64,000 bases of DNA from assembly GCA_030704615.1 (NCBI GenBank), contig CM060733.1, positions 21,328,001-21,392,000 of the forward strand, read 5' to 3'. Source of the stretch: Takakia lepidozioides. Lineage: Eukaryota; Plantae; Bryophyta. A program made the translations under genes and the position numbers. Each line of letters starts with the position of its first letter. The first letter of the stretch is position 1. Of the stretch, positions 24,684 to 36,768 are shown piece after piece. Under the pieces are notes generated by a model. The model was given only the letters and a program-made list of their open reading frames with translations. It did not search any database and was not told the origin of the DNA.

Positions 24684-25755
24684 ATCGTCCTAAAAAATAA
24701 GCACGTCAGTACAAAACGAAGGCGAAAATAGTGGAAGCATATGCACGATGGTGGCTGTAGAGCCCTGCCAGCCCTCTCATGTTCAGGTACACCCTTCATC
24801 GTCATTAAAATCGCCATAAACAAGAACAACAGCCGCATGCATGCAAAGTCACCTCCACAACATTGGACAACAAAGAGCCGCAAGAACGAGACAACAAGAA
24901 CGAGTGGGCGAGTTCGTGGCAGGGTGTTACGATCTTCCATGCCCTAAACATGGATGGCGCGGATGGGTTTCTCAGAATGGACGATCCAGATCCTTTGGCT
25001 GGCGTGGACTGGCAGACTGGGGGGCAACAGACGGCACAACGAACTAGCGTGCACAACAGACTTGCCGGCAAACTGGCGGTTTGGCGGATTGAGGGGAACT
25101 GGACTCACGGACAGCGGACTGGTTGCGCCGTTCTGGGGCACGGTGCAGGCCGGGGCTTTGGGGGTGGGGGGAGCCGGGCGTCCGTGCGCGGGCCCACCGG
25201 TCAGCTCGCGCGTGCGCCATAACGTCCCAATTATTGTAAAATGAGAGGCTTTTATGGATAACCAAATTTTTATTATTATTATTTTCTATTTTTTGAAAAG
25301 AAAAGAGGACAGAGGCTGGGGATGGGAAAGAGGAAGAGGGGAGCTGGGAGCGATGGCGGCGAGCTCTGCAGGCCCCCAGTGTGTTTGTGGGACAGAGCTT
25401 TCTCCAGCAAGACTCTGGAAGACAAACAAGATTGCAAAGGATATAAACTGTTCCCACACAGATGACAACAACTGCCAGAGTCTTCAAATAAACTCCCACA
25501 TCTGAGCTCCTACTGAGGTTGCCAGTGTAAAGCTTTGTCCAAGGGCAGAAGAGCAAAGGGGACAACAGGAGGGAAACTGCTACATGCCAGCTGAAGGCTT
25601 GGACCTAGCTTTGGTAAGTTAAGTAATTTGCTCAGGAATGTTTTTGGGTCAAATGGGGTGAGTAAGTTTCTTCCGAGGTCTGTAAGGATCCGTGCTTCAC
25701 TCTGGCTCTGCTATCGTTTGGTGGGCGTGGCTCGGCTCCTCATCAGAGCTCGGCC

Positions 25756-27218
25756 ATGGCCGCCCATCACTCGCAATTAGCGCTGGCGGCGCCACCGCGA
25801 TGCCATCCTTCACGCCCTTCGGCTTTGTGGGAACATTCCTCTTCTTCCTCTGTCGCGATGCCAGAGGCCGGATGGTCTGGCTATGCCCGACTAGCTGCTC
25901 TTTTGGAGCCTGTGGTGGAGGCCAGGCTCAAAGACAAGGAACAGCAGAAAGGCTCGAAATTGTTTGAGGAGACGAGCGATTTTGATGTTGAGGAGACGAT
26001 TTTACCGGAGAGGGTTGATGAGGAGAGTTGTAAGAAGGAAATTCCACATGCTCAAGTTAGGGGCGGAGGAGATGATAAGGGATTGAAGCGGGGGGGGGCA
26101 TGCTGAGAAGAAACAGAATGGGTGGAATAACAGTGTGTCCAAGACATCTGTGAAGTGGCGGTTAGGGAAGCGTGGGCAGCCTTGGGAGAGTGGTCTATCA
26201 GATGTGGGTGAAGCCATTTTCCAGTCACTGCGGCAACTAAGAGGGGACACCATTGTTGGCTCAGTGTTGGAGCCAGCAGAAGACAAGCTTTCGATTGGCG
26301 ACCTTTTGTCTTTCATCAAGGGCTTGGGAAAGGCGGGGCAATGGCCGAAGGCCCTGCAAGTTTTCAACTGGATGAAAGGCAAAGACAAGTTCAAGCCAGA
26401 TGGAGCAACGATTGCAGTTATGCTAAGAGTATTAGGGTCTGAGGCACAGCTCTCCTCAGCATCGCAGTTGTTTGAGTGCTTGAAGGGCGAGGGATTCTCT
26501 TTGGATGTATATGCGCACACGTCTATGATGAGTGCACTTTCCAGGAGCAGGAAATTTGAGAAGGCCCTCGAGTTGTTTGAGACCATGAAGGAAGAAGGGT
26601 GCCAGCCGAGCCTCGTCACTTACAATATAGTGATTGACTTGTATGGCAAGAAAGGTGGTTCCTGGGATGAAATTCCTGACGTATTTGCAGAGATGAAAAG
26701 GCATCCAACCTGATGAGTACACGTACAACACCGCAATCACGGCGTGTGCAAGGGATTCATTATGCGAAGAAGCCAAGAACCTCTTTGGAGAGATGAAAGC
26801 TGCAAAGTGTATGCCCGACAAAGTGACATACAATGCATTGCTAGATGTGTATGGGAAGGCCGGGTGGCATGTAGAAGCTTCAAATGTCTTAAAAGAGATG
26901 GAAAATGTGGGATGTCCTCCTAATTGTGTAACTTATAATGAACTTCTCTCTGCATATGGAAGAGCAGGACTCTTCCTTGAGGCAGCTGAATTGAAAGAGT
27001 TGATGGTTGGCAAAGGCATTGAACCTGACGTGGTCACATACACTAGTCTTCTCTGTGCGTATAGTAAGGCAGGGCGAGACAAGCAGGCTATGGACATCTA
27101 CAGGGAGATGCGAGCAGCCAATTGTGACCCCAATCTTTTCACCTTCAATGCCTTAATCGACATGCATGGCAAGAAACGAAATTTCATTGGGATGATGGAA
27201 ATGTTTGAAGACATGCAG
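25756..27218 (+). pseudogene. P-class PPR gene (At5g02860/PPR10-like), frameshifted and 3'-truncated
   Basis: Transit-peptide-like N-terminus; motifs GCQPSLVTYNIVIDLYGKKG.SW, PDKVTYNALLDVYGKAG, GIEPDVVTYTSLL; frameshifts ~26095 and ~26700; donor gtgagg at 27219 with no downstream exon before the retro fragment. Confidence 0.88.
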
Positions 27219-27523
27219 GTGAGGTTACATTTTGGCAAATACCATATATAAACCCAGAATTCATTCGACGCTCCAGGGTTTATGTTTATTAGGCTATGGT
27301 CTTCCTAACTGTTGGGCTGTGAGAATTAACATAAAAGTATGTACTGTAAGGAATCTGTCATATACCCTCTAAAATTTCGAGTGAAGCAGAAATTTGGCTC
27401 TTGCTTTTGCCATTCAGAGTTTTAGAGGGATGTAATTGAGCATGGTGGAACAAGATGATGACTAGAAACTCTATAGCTTTTCCTTGTACTAATTCAGTTT
27501 GTGATGCTCCTGTATGTAGGCAT

Positions 27524-28179
27524 ACATGGCCAAGAAGTGCACGAAACCTCGACAATTGAACATGACTCGGGCAACCACGGAGCTGTCGGAAGATACCATC
27601 AGTCGCTTGGTGGAAGCTGTGGTCGCCAGGACTTGCAAGGTAAGCAACTATTCTTGTGAGTTGTATCAGGAAACTGGCGCCCTGCGTAAAGGGAGTCAGT
27701 TATTGTTCGTGGATGGGATAATATCCGGAACTAACGTGTCGTTGTTGGTGGACACAGGAGCGTCGCACTCCTTCATGACGCCGGCGGCAGCGCGAAAGTT
27801 GGGACTCCCGACAAGTGACGTGGGGGCCTCTATTGAGGTGCGTTCTGCCAAAGGAGAACCACAGTTGGTGACAAGGTTGGCGTTTGATGTTCCTCTTCAA
27901 CTGGGGAGTTGGGAGGGACGTGAGAACTTCACCATCTGCGAGATCGATGGAGTGGATCTCATTTTGGGGATGACCTTTTTGAGCAAATCCGGAGCGGTCA
28001 TAGATGGCCGCAAAAGAGTAGTCACGCTGCCATGTGGGAATGGTGACGAGGTCTTACGAATGTCGGAAACGCCCAAATCCGTGGAGGGCGAATAAACCTT
28101 CTGTCAGCAAGGGAGTGGGCCGTGGAGGAGGCACACGAGCCCCAGTTTTTGCTCTACATTAGAGAAGTGAAGGGAGAAG
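27524..28179 (+). mobile_element. Gypsy zinc-knuckle/protease fragment, near-identical to 48904-49558
   Basis: HMAKKC...[11 protein letters not shown]...DLILGM; direct nucleotide match to the full-length element. Confidence 0.93.
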
Positions 28180-28318
28180 TGGCATGATGTGATGTGGCGT
28201 CGGGCACGCTGGCGAGGTCGGCTGACGTGGCGTCAGACCCGTCAGCCAACGTGGCAATAACTGATGACGTGGCATGAGCCCGCCTAGGCTCACGCGCTCT
28301 CACGCGGAAGCATCCCCC
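28180..28318. repeat. GACGTGGC-rich motif cluster ending GCATCCCCC
   Basis: Similar to 2200-2338. Confidence 0.5.
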
Positions 28319-31300
28319 AAATGGGAAATAGCTGAAACCCCATGATAGCATTTCCAGAGGATGGTGTGGATGGCCTCACAATCCAGCATGCAAAATCCAT
28401 GGCAATGTGGAGATGGCTGAATGAGCAAACAGGTTAAGTGGCGAACAAGCCATGTCACTGGTACATAGTTGCATGCTTACATAGTACATGAAAGTGTACT
28501 ATATGTCATTCCCGAAAATGACCATGTTGGTCCATGTATTTTACAACAATGATATCAATAAAAGACCAATGGTTCGCATTGGAAACTCAATCCCGTAAGT
28601 GGCTTGTCAAACTTGTGATTTGAAGGATCTTATACCCCAATTCATTGTAGAGGTGATTGGAAAAGACATTGAGACGGCAACAACCGGTATCTATCCTCTA
28701 CGGATCCCCTTCAATTTGATGTGGGAAAGCCGGTTGGAGGTCTAGTCTCACTTTCACTCATCTAATGTCAGTGTTGTATCCGTTGCAATGTGGAGATGTT
28801 TGAAACAACATTGGAGCATTTCCAAAGGATGGTATGGATGGCCTTTCGTGGTGTGTGCCGAATCCATGGCAAGAAAACATTGCAAGCAGAACCCATGGCA
28901 ATGGTAGTTGCAGGGGTTAGTCCAAAGCCAATTGCAACAACAAATGAATAAAGGGTGTTGAAAGGAAAACACTCCATAATTGATCATAAAATCCACTGTC
29001 CAAGCATGATATCTTAATGGGAATGCGAAGGGAGTGTTACCGCCTTAAACTATCATGCATGGTCTATAACTAGAGTGCACAAATCTAGCACATCTAATCC
29101 TCATCATCCTCATCTATGTCTAGGTCACTGCATGTATCACTATCTTCATCACGAACTTGATCTTGTCCAAGGGTTGGCTGAACATCATCACCACTATTAC
29201 GGGGTGCTCGGAGGTACAAGGAGGCCACCTGTTCTGGAGTAACCGGTACCGCTCGGCTGCATGTTGGGCCATCAGTAACCGGAGTCTCCTCTAGTCTTTG
29301 TGAGGCTAACAATCCTTCCACTTCCACCACATCATCATTATCAATTGATATGTCGCAGACCACTCTATGTGCTCGGGGGCTCTTCTCCAGGATGACTTTC
29401 CACCCCGGCTCCTTCACACAATCAGAAAAAAAACACTTGATCAACTTGGCCAGGAAACACAAAAGGTTGCTCAGAAGGTAGAAGCATACGGTTAAAATTG
29501 ACCAGTGTGAAGCCAACATCGTCCTGCTTCATTGACATAGGTTGACGACCCACGCAACGCGCCTGTACCCACAAACACAAAAACACTATAGGCTGTGTTT
29601 GGCCATAGTCAATTTGCAAAATCTCTCTTATAAGACCCACATATCTTGTAGGTTCCTCCATGTCATTGACTGAATTGTTGGTAATGGGATGGTGCTGGAA
29701 AATAGATGAGACTCCACAATCAAAAGACACCATACTTGTTGTGTTCATGCCGGGGGATATAACCCTGTAATGGTTACCATACGCTGTCATACTCTTGAAT
29801 GACAGGGCAGTAAATGATGGAGGCCTTGAAAGATCCAATAATTCCTCACGTGTTGTAGGATCAAGCCCATCTGATTGAATCAAGAGATGATCACGTACAC
29901 CTTGAGGGAGCCAAACAGCAAATGGAGGACATGGATGCAAATCAGGAGGGTACTGAATTGCCGTGGGATTGCTCATGCCTTCCACCCCTTGCTCCTCACG
30001 AAACAAGCGTCGTCTGGCTTCTATCCATGTGGACTCTGCTTCATATATCTTGTCACAATCTGAGGGTCAGCCAGGAGATTAACAGAGGTGGCGTGGGAGA
30101 TATGAAAAGACACCATATGCCAACTAATGAGAAATGACTAAAACTTGGAAATATGAATGTCAATGAAGTAGATTTCTTACCCCAACAGGACTGACAGACG
30201 AGGATGGTTTTGAATGATGTACTCATATACAATATCATGCAGGTCATTCAATTTTCAGGCTTTAGAACTTCCCTCCACAACTTCACGTTCCACAGATTCT
30301 CCCTCATCTGCATCCCACACTCTTCGTACACTTCCATCAAATCCTGCCATATACTCTGTGCAAAAACCCAATGCTTCTTCACATTGGTATCTTCTGCCAT
30401 GCTCCCCTCGGGCCTTGCCATGTTTCTTACGTAGCCCTTCATATCTTTCATTGCCCGCTCCATGGGGTACATCCAACGAGATGCTACAGGCCCGCATAAG
30501 TACAAATTGTCCACTAGATGAACAACCAGATGTGTCATCACATCAAAAAATGATGGTGGGAACTCCTTCTCTATAAGATATAGAGTGACAACTGCTTCAG
30601 TTCTCAATTCCTCATACTCCACAGGATTCACCACTTTTGCACACAACTTCTTAAATACACGACATACTCGCAAAATGGCCCTACGAGGACCACTTGTCAT
30701 GAGCCCACGGATAGCAAGCGGTATAATTTGCTGCATGAGCACATGATAGTCATGTGATTTCATGCCAGACAATTTCTTCTTCACCACATGCTTTTTGAAA
30801 GCTGATGCGTAGCCTGTTGGCACTTTCAAGTTCTGCACAATCTCCAGAAAGACTTTTAACTCAGCCTCAGTGAGGACATAAGGGGCAGGAGGCATAATTA
30901 ACATATCTGCTCTGTAAGGATCACGTTGTAGCCACAATTCCGGGCGCATCCCAAGTAGCTCCAAATCACGGTGAACTTTCAATTTTCTCATCAAAGATAG
31001 TTTTAATAATATTTTCAGCCAAGTTCTTTGCGTCAAACGTGTGGCGGATGAGGAGACCCTACAAAACGAACACATAAGCAATTGAGCATTTACTCATCAC
31101 AATTTAAACAGAAAACGCAAAAATGTACATAGCCAATTTAAAGGCCATGAAGGAATTACCTCCCAATAAGGTAAGACATATAAAATTGACAATCGCTTCA
31201 CTCCATGAGTTTTTGCTGGGTCTGTTCTGTTATCTGGCGTCCCTCCGTTTTCTACCCATGCAGTGCGAGCTGTTGCAAGCCCCTTGATTTGTGTTCCACT

Positions 31301-32638
31301 CTGCGTTTTCGGAGGAGTTCCATGCTCAGTAGCGCCATTGAACATTCTTGACCTTCTATATGGATGATTGCGGGCCAGAAATCTTCGGTGGCCCAGGAAA
31401 ACAGTTTTCCCACATGTGTGTAACTGTTGTGCAGTCACCCCGGGTCCACAAGCTGGACAACCAGCATAACCTTTCGTCACTTGACCTGAGAGCAAGCCAT
31501 ATGCAGGGTAGTCATGGATTGACCACATCAACACTGCCCTCAGTGTAAATTCGCATTGACCACGAGGATGGGAAACATCATGCGCAGCAATCCCTCTCCA
31601 TAGTTCCAGTAGCTCTTCCACTAGGGGCATCAGGTAAACATCTACGTTGTCCGAGATAACAGACTCCTTACCAGAAATCAGTAGCGCTAACATGACAAAG
31701 AACTTTTTGGTCATTAACCACGGAGGCAGATTGTAATTGACCAAGAGAACGGGCCATGTGCTCCAACTGGTGGATTGAGCTCCGTAGGGATTTACACCGT
31801 CTAAGGCCAATCCAAATCGCACAGATCGTGGCTCTGCAGCAAAATTCTCAAATGTGGTGTCAATGTGTCTCCATGCTTTGCTATCAGCTGGATGTTGAAC
31901 CAACCCATCCTGGCTCTTATGTCTGTTGTGCCATGTCATGAGGTTAGCGACCGATTTACATCAGTACATACGTTTCAACCTTGGAATGACAGGGAAGTGT
32001 CGCAATACTTTCTTGGGCACACTTCCACGACCTGGAATGTAACGGGAACTGCGGCACACTGGGCAAATGTCTATATTCTCATACTCCCCACGGAAGAGTA
32101 CACAACCACGCACACAGGCATGGTGTACTGCAATCCCATCTTGGCAATCATGGTTTTTGCTTCATAGTGAGTTTTCGGCAATGAATTCTCTTTAGGCAAA
32201 AAAAACTCTTACGCAACAATCCCAGAAGCTCATCCACAAATGCATTGGTGCACTTGTGGGTAGTGCATGCGTTCAGCAACGTCAAAGTTGCTTGCAGTCG
32301 GCTGATCGAGCACCCTTCAAAAAGTGGACATTGCGACTGTCGGAAGAGTTTATCATACTCGGGATCAACGTGCAGGTGAGCATTCTCATCAAATTCATTG
32401 TCTCTGGAATCATTGAGGTCATTGTCATGATCGGCAAATGTGTGATCGGTTCCACCATTAATGGGGTCCTTTCTGTTTGCATCTACAAAGTGAAACGCTT
32501 CCTGCAATGCATGCTGGATTTCTACTTCCAATCCACCACCCTCATCTGCGTTCTCTGTGACATTGAGCTCCCGCTGTGCCGCAGGGCCTTCGTCTTCATC
32601 ATCTGAATATTCACATCCCTGCACCCCAATAGTCATCT

Positions 32639-33270
32639 TGTGAGTGGACTGTCGCGCGGCTTTTACTCACCCATCCCTTCGCTATCCGAGGCGGAAACTC
32701 CAAGATAGAAGAGTTGGAAATCTCTAAGTACTCAGCCCGCGCAGAACAATCAGTCATGACCTACAGCTAGTGTATCATGGGGGTGTTTCCTATTTGTTTC
32801 CTTTTCCGCATTCATCTTAGCTACCTTACCATTGATAATTAAGTATCAGTTTGCTTCATCAATTTATCGGTTTCCTTAACTCCTCCATTCAATCCACAGC
32901 TTCACTCAGATCTCTCTACACAGTGTGATTGTATCGTATAAGTATCAGATTATGATTTATCAGGTATCAGGCCGAATCCATTATGTCTCTAATCTGCTCT
33001 ACAATATCACTCTAGCTTTGCATATGACAAGCATCTACTAATCCTCTTTTCTCCTTCATCGTGCTCTCCGATCTCCGCTCCCGCCTGTCTCCGAAGTCCT
33101 CCCCGAATAATGATCCCCTTCCTATTCCCCGTTCTTCCCTTTATCCTCCTATCCGCGGTTCTAACCGTTTCCCTCTCTAACCGTCGTATGTGAACTAACA
33201 TGTTCCCTTCACTGGTGTTGTTCCCCACAGTCGTTCCCTGTCCTACTCTTCGTTCCCTATTATCGTGACA
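32639..33270 (-). mobile_element. Probable solo LTR (632 bp) inside TnpD
   Basis: TG...CA ends (TGTCAC...CTCACA on minus); interrupts TnpD abruptly; flanks CATCT/GCTGT do not match. Confidence 0.5.
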
Positions 33271-33600
33271 GCTGTGTCAAGCGGTGACTGGCTGTGTTTG
33301 GCTGTGTCGGGCTGTGACTGGCTGTGTGGCTGTGCCGGGCTGTGACTGGCTGTGTGGGCTGTGTCTGCTGCGACGACTGTGACGGGTTGTGTGGGCTGTG
33401 TGGGCTGTGACGGCTGTGTCCGCTGTGTGGGCTGTGACGACTGTGACGGGCTGTGTTGGCTGTGTGGGCTGTGACGGCTGTGTCGGCTGTGTGGGCTGTG
33501 ACGACTGTGACGGGCTGTGTTGGCTGTGTGGGTTGTGACGACTGTGACGGGCTGTGTTGGCTGTGTGGGCTGTGACTGCTGTGTCGGCTGTGTGGGCTAT
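33271..33600. repeat. GGCTGTGT/CTGTGACG short-unit tandem array
   Basis: Reiterated ggctgtgtgggctgtgacgactgtgacg. Confidence 0.9.
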
Positions 33601-34740
33601 GTAACCCCCCTCTACAGTGCGCTGCTGTCACCCCTAAGGTTCCTGTTTGTCTCAGTCTGTACAAAAATTAAGGGTACCCTACAGATCCCGTATAAGTGTC
33701 TAAGTCCCCTACAGTCCTCTAACATGGACCAACAACGATGTGACACTTGTTCATATTATGACATGGGAGGCACGGTGACGTTGCAGTGATGCAGCCATAT
33801 TGACGTATGTATGTTATGAATATACACCCAATCAAAACACAACATTTGTAGCCATTGAAGTCATAGTTGCATTCACTTAGTTAGTCATATATGACTACAT
33901 GACTACACATGACCAATGAAAACACGACATGTGTATTAATTAAAGTGATAATGGAAGTGACGTAGTCATAGTCACGTCTGTATCTTATGACTTCTTGACT
34001 ACAATCACCCAACGAAATGTCGACATGTGGAGAAGATGATCGTTGCATTCAAAATTCAAACTAAAGTGCTGAAGGAAAGTGACGATCGTACCGGAAGAGA
34101 ACATCGTCGGAGAAGAGGATCCCTCCCGTGTATTACGTAATGATTCCTCACTATTTCCAACAAGAGTAGTTTTTCTCCATGATACTCATCGCAGTTGCAT
34201 AGCATTTTTGTATGCCCATTCCTTGTGGCATAAGCTTCTTCCATTCGCCATAGACAATCATCTATTCTACGCCTACACATCCGGTTGCCACCTGCACTGT
34301 ACATGCTTTGAACGTCACCCCTACCCTCTTTGCATGCTACGCACAGTGGATTGTCTCTTGTTTTGCACTAGCTGCCAATGTGCTATTTTTATATCTTCTG
34401 CATCTGTAAGTGCCGTTTCTGAGTATCCATAGTGAAGCGGAAGGTCTTCGAAGTGACAGTCCCTCTCATTGAGTACGAGAAGTTCCGAGAGCGCCGGATT
34501 GCTGCCATAAAGGAGGTGGAAGCAACTTTCAAGTAGTCGATAGATGGGTGAGTTTAGTTCCTGACTTTGGTTACCCACCCACTAAACACGCGATTCGCCT
34601 TATCCTCTGACCTTCCTACAGCTCTCATAAGCTTCATAGCACAAATGGGGGCGAGTAGCTGCGACTTGTACAAACAGAGAGACAAACAACAAGTAGTGAG
34701 TGACGATTAGGTTTGAGGAGGGTGTGTCATTAGGCGGGAG

Positions 34741-36733
34741 ATGTCCGCCGTCATTCGTGGGCAGCCATTACTTCCTGGTAGGGTGCGGCTGTGGTTCAGC
34801 GTAGCTTAAGAGTATTAGGGTATGTATGCTTGCATTTGTTTGTGATTGTTTGAGAGGGAAATCATGGAGGTGTTCGTGCAGGCTTGCGGGAGCGAAACGC
34901 CCTCGCAAGCCACTCACTCCGAAGGAAAAAGCTAGGGATCAAGGTCCTGCAAGGCAAAGTGCTAGACTGAAGACGATGAAGACTACGATTATGCATGAGG
35001 GCTCTTCTGAGGACGATGAGGACAATCCACTCCTCCCACGCCAGTGCGAGGCGAATGCGTCGTCGGTGGATGCCACGACGAGCCGAGGAGAACATGCCCA
35101 AGCTCATGTCGCAAGACAAAAATGCCCATCATCTACACTACAAACACCTTCTTTGTCTGTGAGTTATAGTTCTTCACAATGACCATGATTCAAATTATGT
35201 ATGTTTTTGGTAAAATCACGAAGAGATAGGGTATGGTAAGATCATGAAGAGATAGGGTATGTCTGTCAAGACAGAGAAGTTGGACAATGCAGGGGTCAGC
35301 CAAGGCACAATCACAAATGATTTCCACTAGACAAGTTGAAGTGCCAAACGCATGATGTCAGCCCAATGTAGACTTCAGGTGTGTTCAAATTCTTTACCCC
35401 ATGAAACCAACATCCTGGTACTAAGCTACAATGGCTACTTATAGAGATACTTGGGTTACTTATGCACCCAAAATATCGGTAAAACTTGGAGGGATACTTC
35501 TCATGAACCCATCAGGTTTGTCCCTTTAAATGCTTGCTATGGATTTCAGGAACACCCCATACCTAAGAGGGTCCAAAAATGTACTGGGAGGACATCATTG
35601 GGGCCAATCAAATTTGGGAGATTTACTGCCCAAGATCATACTGAGTTTTGGGTAATCTTGTCTTTACAAATCATATGTGCTTCCAGTTTGTTATCTTGAA
35701 TTCAAGGATTTGTTGCTTGTTGCCTATATGTATGTGTAATCACCCACATTGTACTGGGGGAATTTCTTTTCAGGGCAAGCACAAGCGTTCTGGATCCACG
35801 ATCCCTGCTGCTAGCAATGGAGATGGCACCCACAAGAACACATGAGGTGGCCCTAACTCTCCCATCATTTTGGGTTCTATGCCACCAGTACCCCCACCTT
35901 ATTATGGTATGCCTCAGTACCCACAATCTGGCACTTAGTATGGTCAGGGTCAATATGGTAGTGCTCCTCCATATGGGCAGTATGGACAGTATCCTCCTCC
36001 ACCATATTTGCCACCCCCTAATAGCTATGGGGGTGGCAGGCCACCGGAATATCCTCCTGCTTATGGACAGTATGGCCAGTATGGTCCTCGGCCTTCTGGC
36101 CAACAGCCATGGCCACCAGTCCCTATTTGGCAGGATCTTGCTATAAATCCTCATGTGCGCACGGAGGTCTCTGAAGGAGGGGAGGGTGCCGTTTCAAAGA
36201 ATGATAGAACCAATGCTTTTAGGAGGGCTAATAGCTCAGCCAAAATTGAAGCTGCCAAGGTGAAGGAAGAGAGAATAGCTGCAGGTTTTCCTCCCACGGT
36301 GATTGTGACGAACCTCAAAGGAGCCCCGTATGGTCAGACCCGGAATGTATGGCACACTGCCCTTAAAGGATAGACTTATCGCAAGCTAGATTGTTCCATT
36401 GCCATCAGCAACCAACCAGATGAACTTGTATACAAAATCAGAGATCACCTAGCTAAGCTATTTTCATATACGCCACACAAGTTAAAAGACTTCCACCTAA
36501 AACAAACAATTGGCAGAATAATGAAGAGCCAGCGTTATGAAGCACACACTGCGTGGTTGGGTGGTAAGGGGAAACCCATTACTGTATCTGACGAGGTATG
36601 AAACAAGCTTGTAAGTTACTGGCAGACAGAGGTGTTCCACAAAGTGTCGGGCAACATGAAGAAGGCAAATGGTGCAATTCAGAATCCTACCAAGACTGGC
36701 CGTGGTGGGAAGGCAATGGTGGAGGCATGCTTG
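34741..36733 (+). pseudogene. TnpA-like (Transposase_24/Ptta) gene, divergent from TnpD
   Basis: Exons ~34741-34777, 34882-35158, 35774-36733; basic NLS-like KRPRKP; P/G/Q/Y-rich tract; PITVSDEV*NKLVSYWQTE...S.NMKKAN....PTKTGRGG; internal stops. Confidence 0.65.
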
Positions 36734-36768
36734 GTAAGTGGCATCATCACAACTCTGTATTTTGTTCC

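Larger units (their letters stand above)
14378..25249 (+). mobile_element. Mutator-like element (MULE) with nested retrotransposon
   Basis: Long GC-rich TIRs (GCCTCTCATTTTACAATAATTGGGACGTTATGG...; ~14378-14780 / 24949-25249) and perfect 9-bp TSD TTTTATGGA (14369-14377, 25250-25258). Confidence 0.95.
29094..34304 (-). pseudogene. CACTA/En-Spm TnpD transposase, multi-exon, disrupted
   Basis: Transposase-associated-like C.C..VRNH...HG.D (34304-34093); HPADSKAWRHID...LALDGVNPY...WPVLLVNYNLPPW...SIHDYPAY; LSGMKSHDYH, FPPSFFDVMTHL.VHL, RWMYPMER; distal YVG.I.EI...DY...FLC.W...PFVFP.QV.QVFF. Confidence 0.93.

Noticed and set aside
25352-25505. Short ATG ORF upstream of PPR (MAASSAGPQC...)
   Set aside because: No recognisable family; early stop.
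28320-29093. Left terminus of the large CACTA
   Set aside because: Only an isolated CACTG and loose repeats; no matching TIR or TSD.
33260-33664. 134-aa His/Ser/Thr-rich ORF
   Set aside because: Translation of a tandem repeat.
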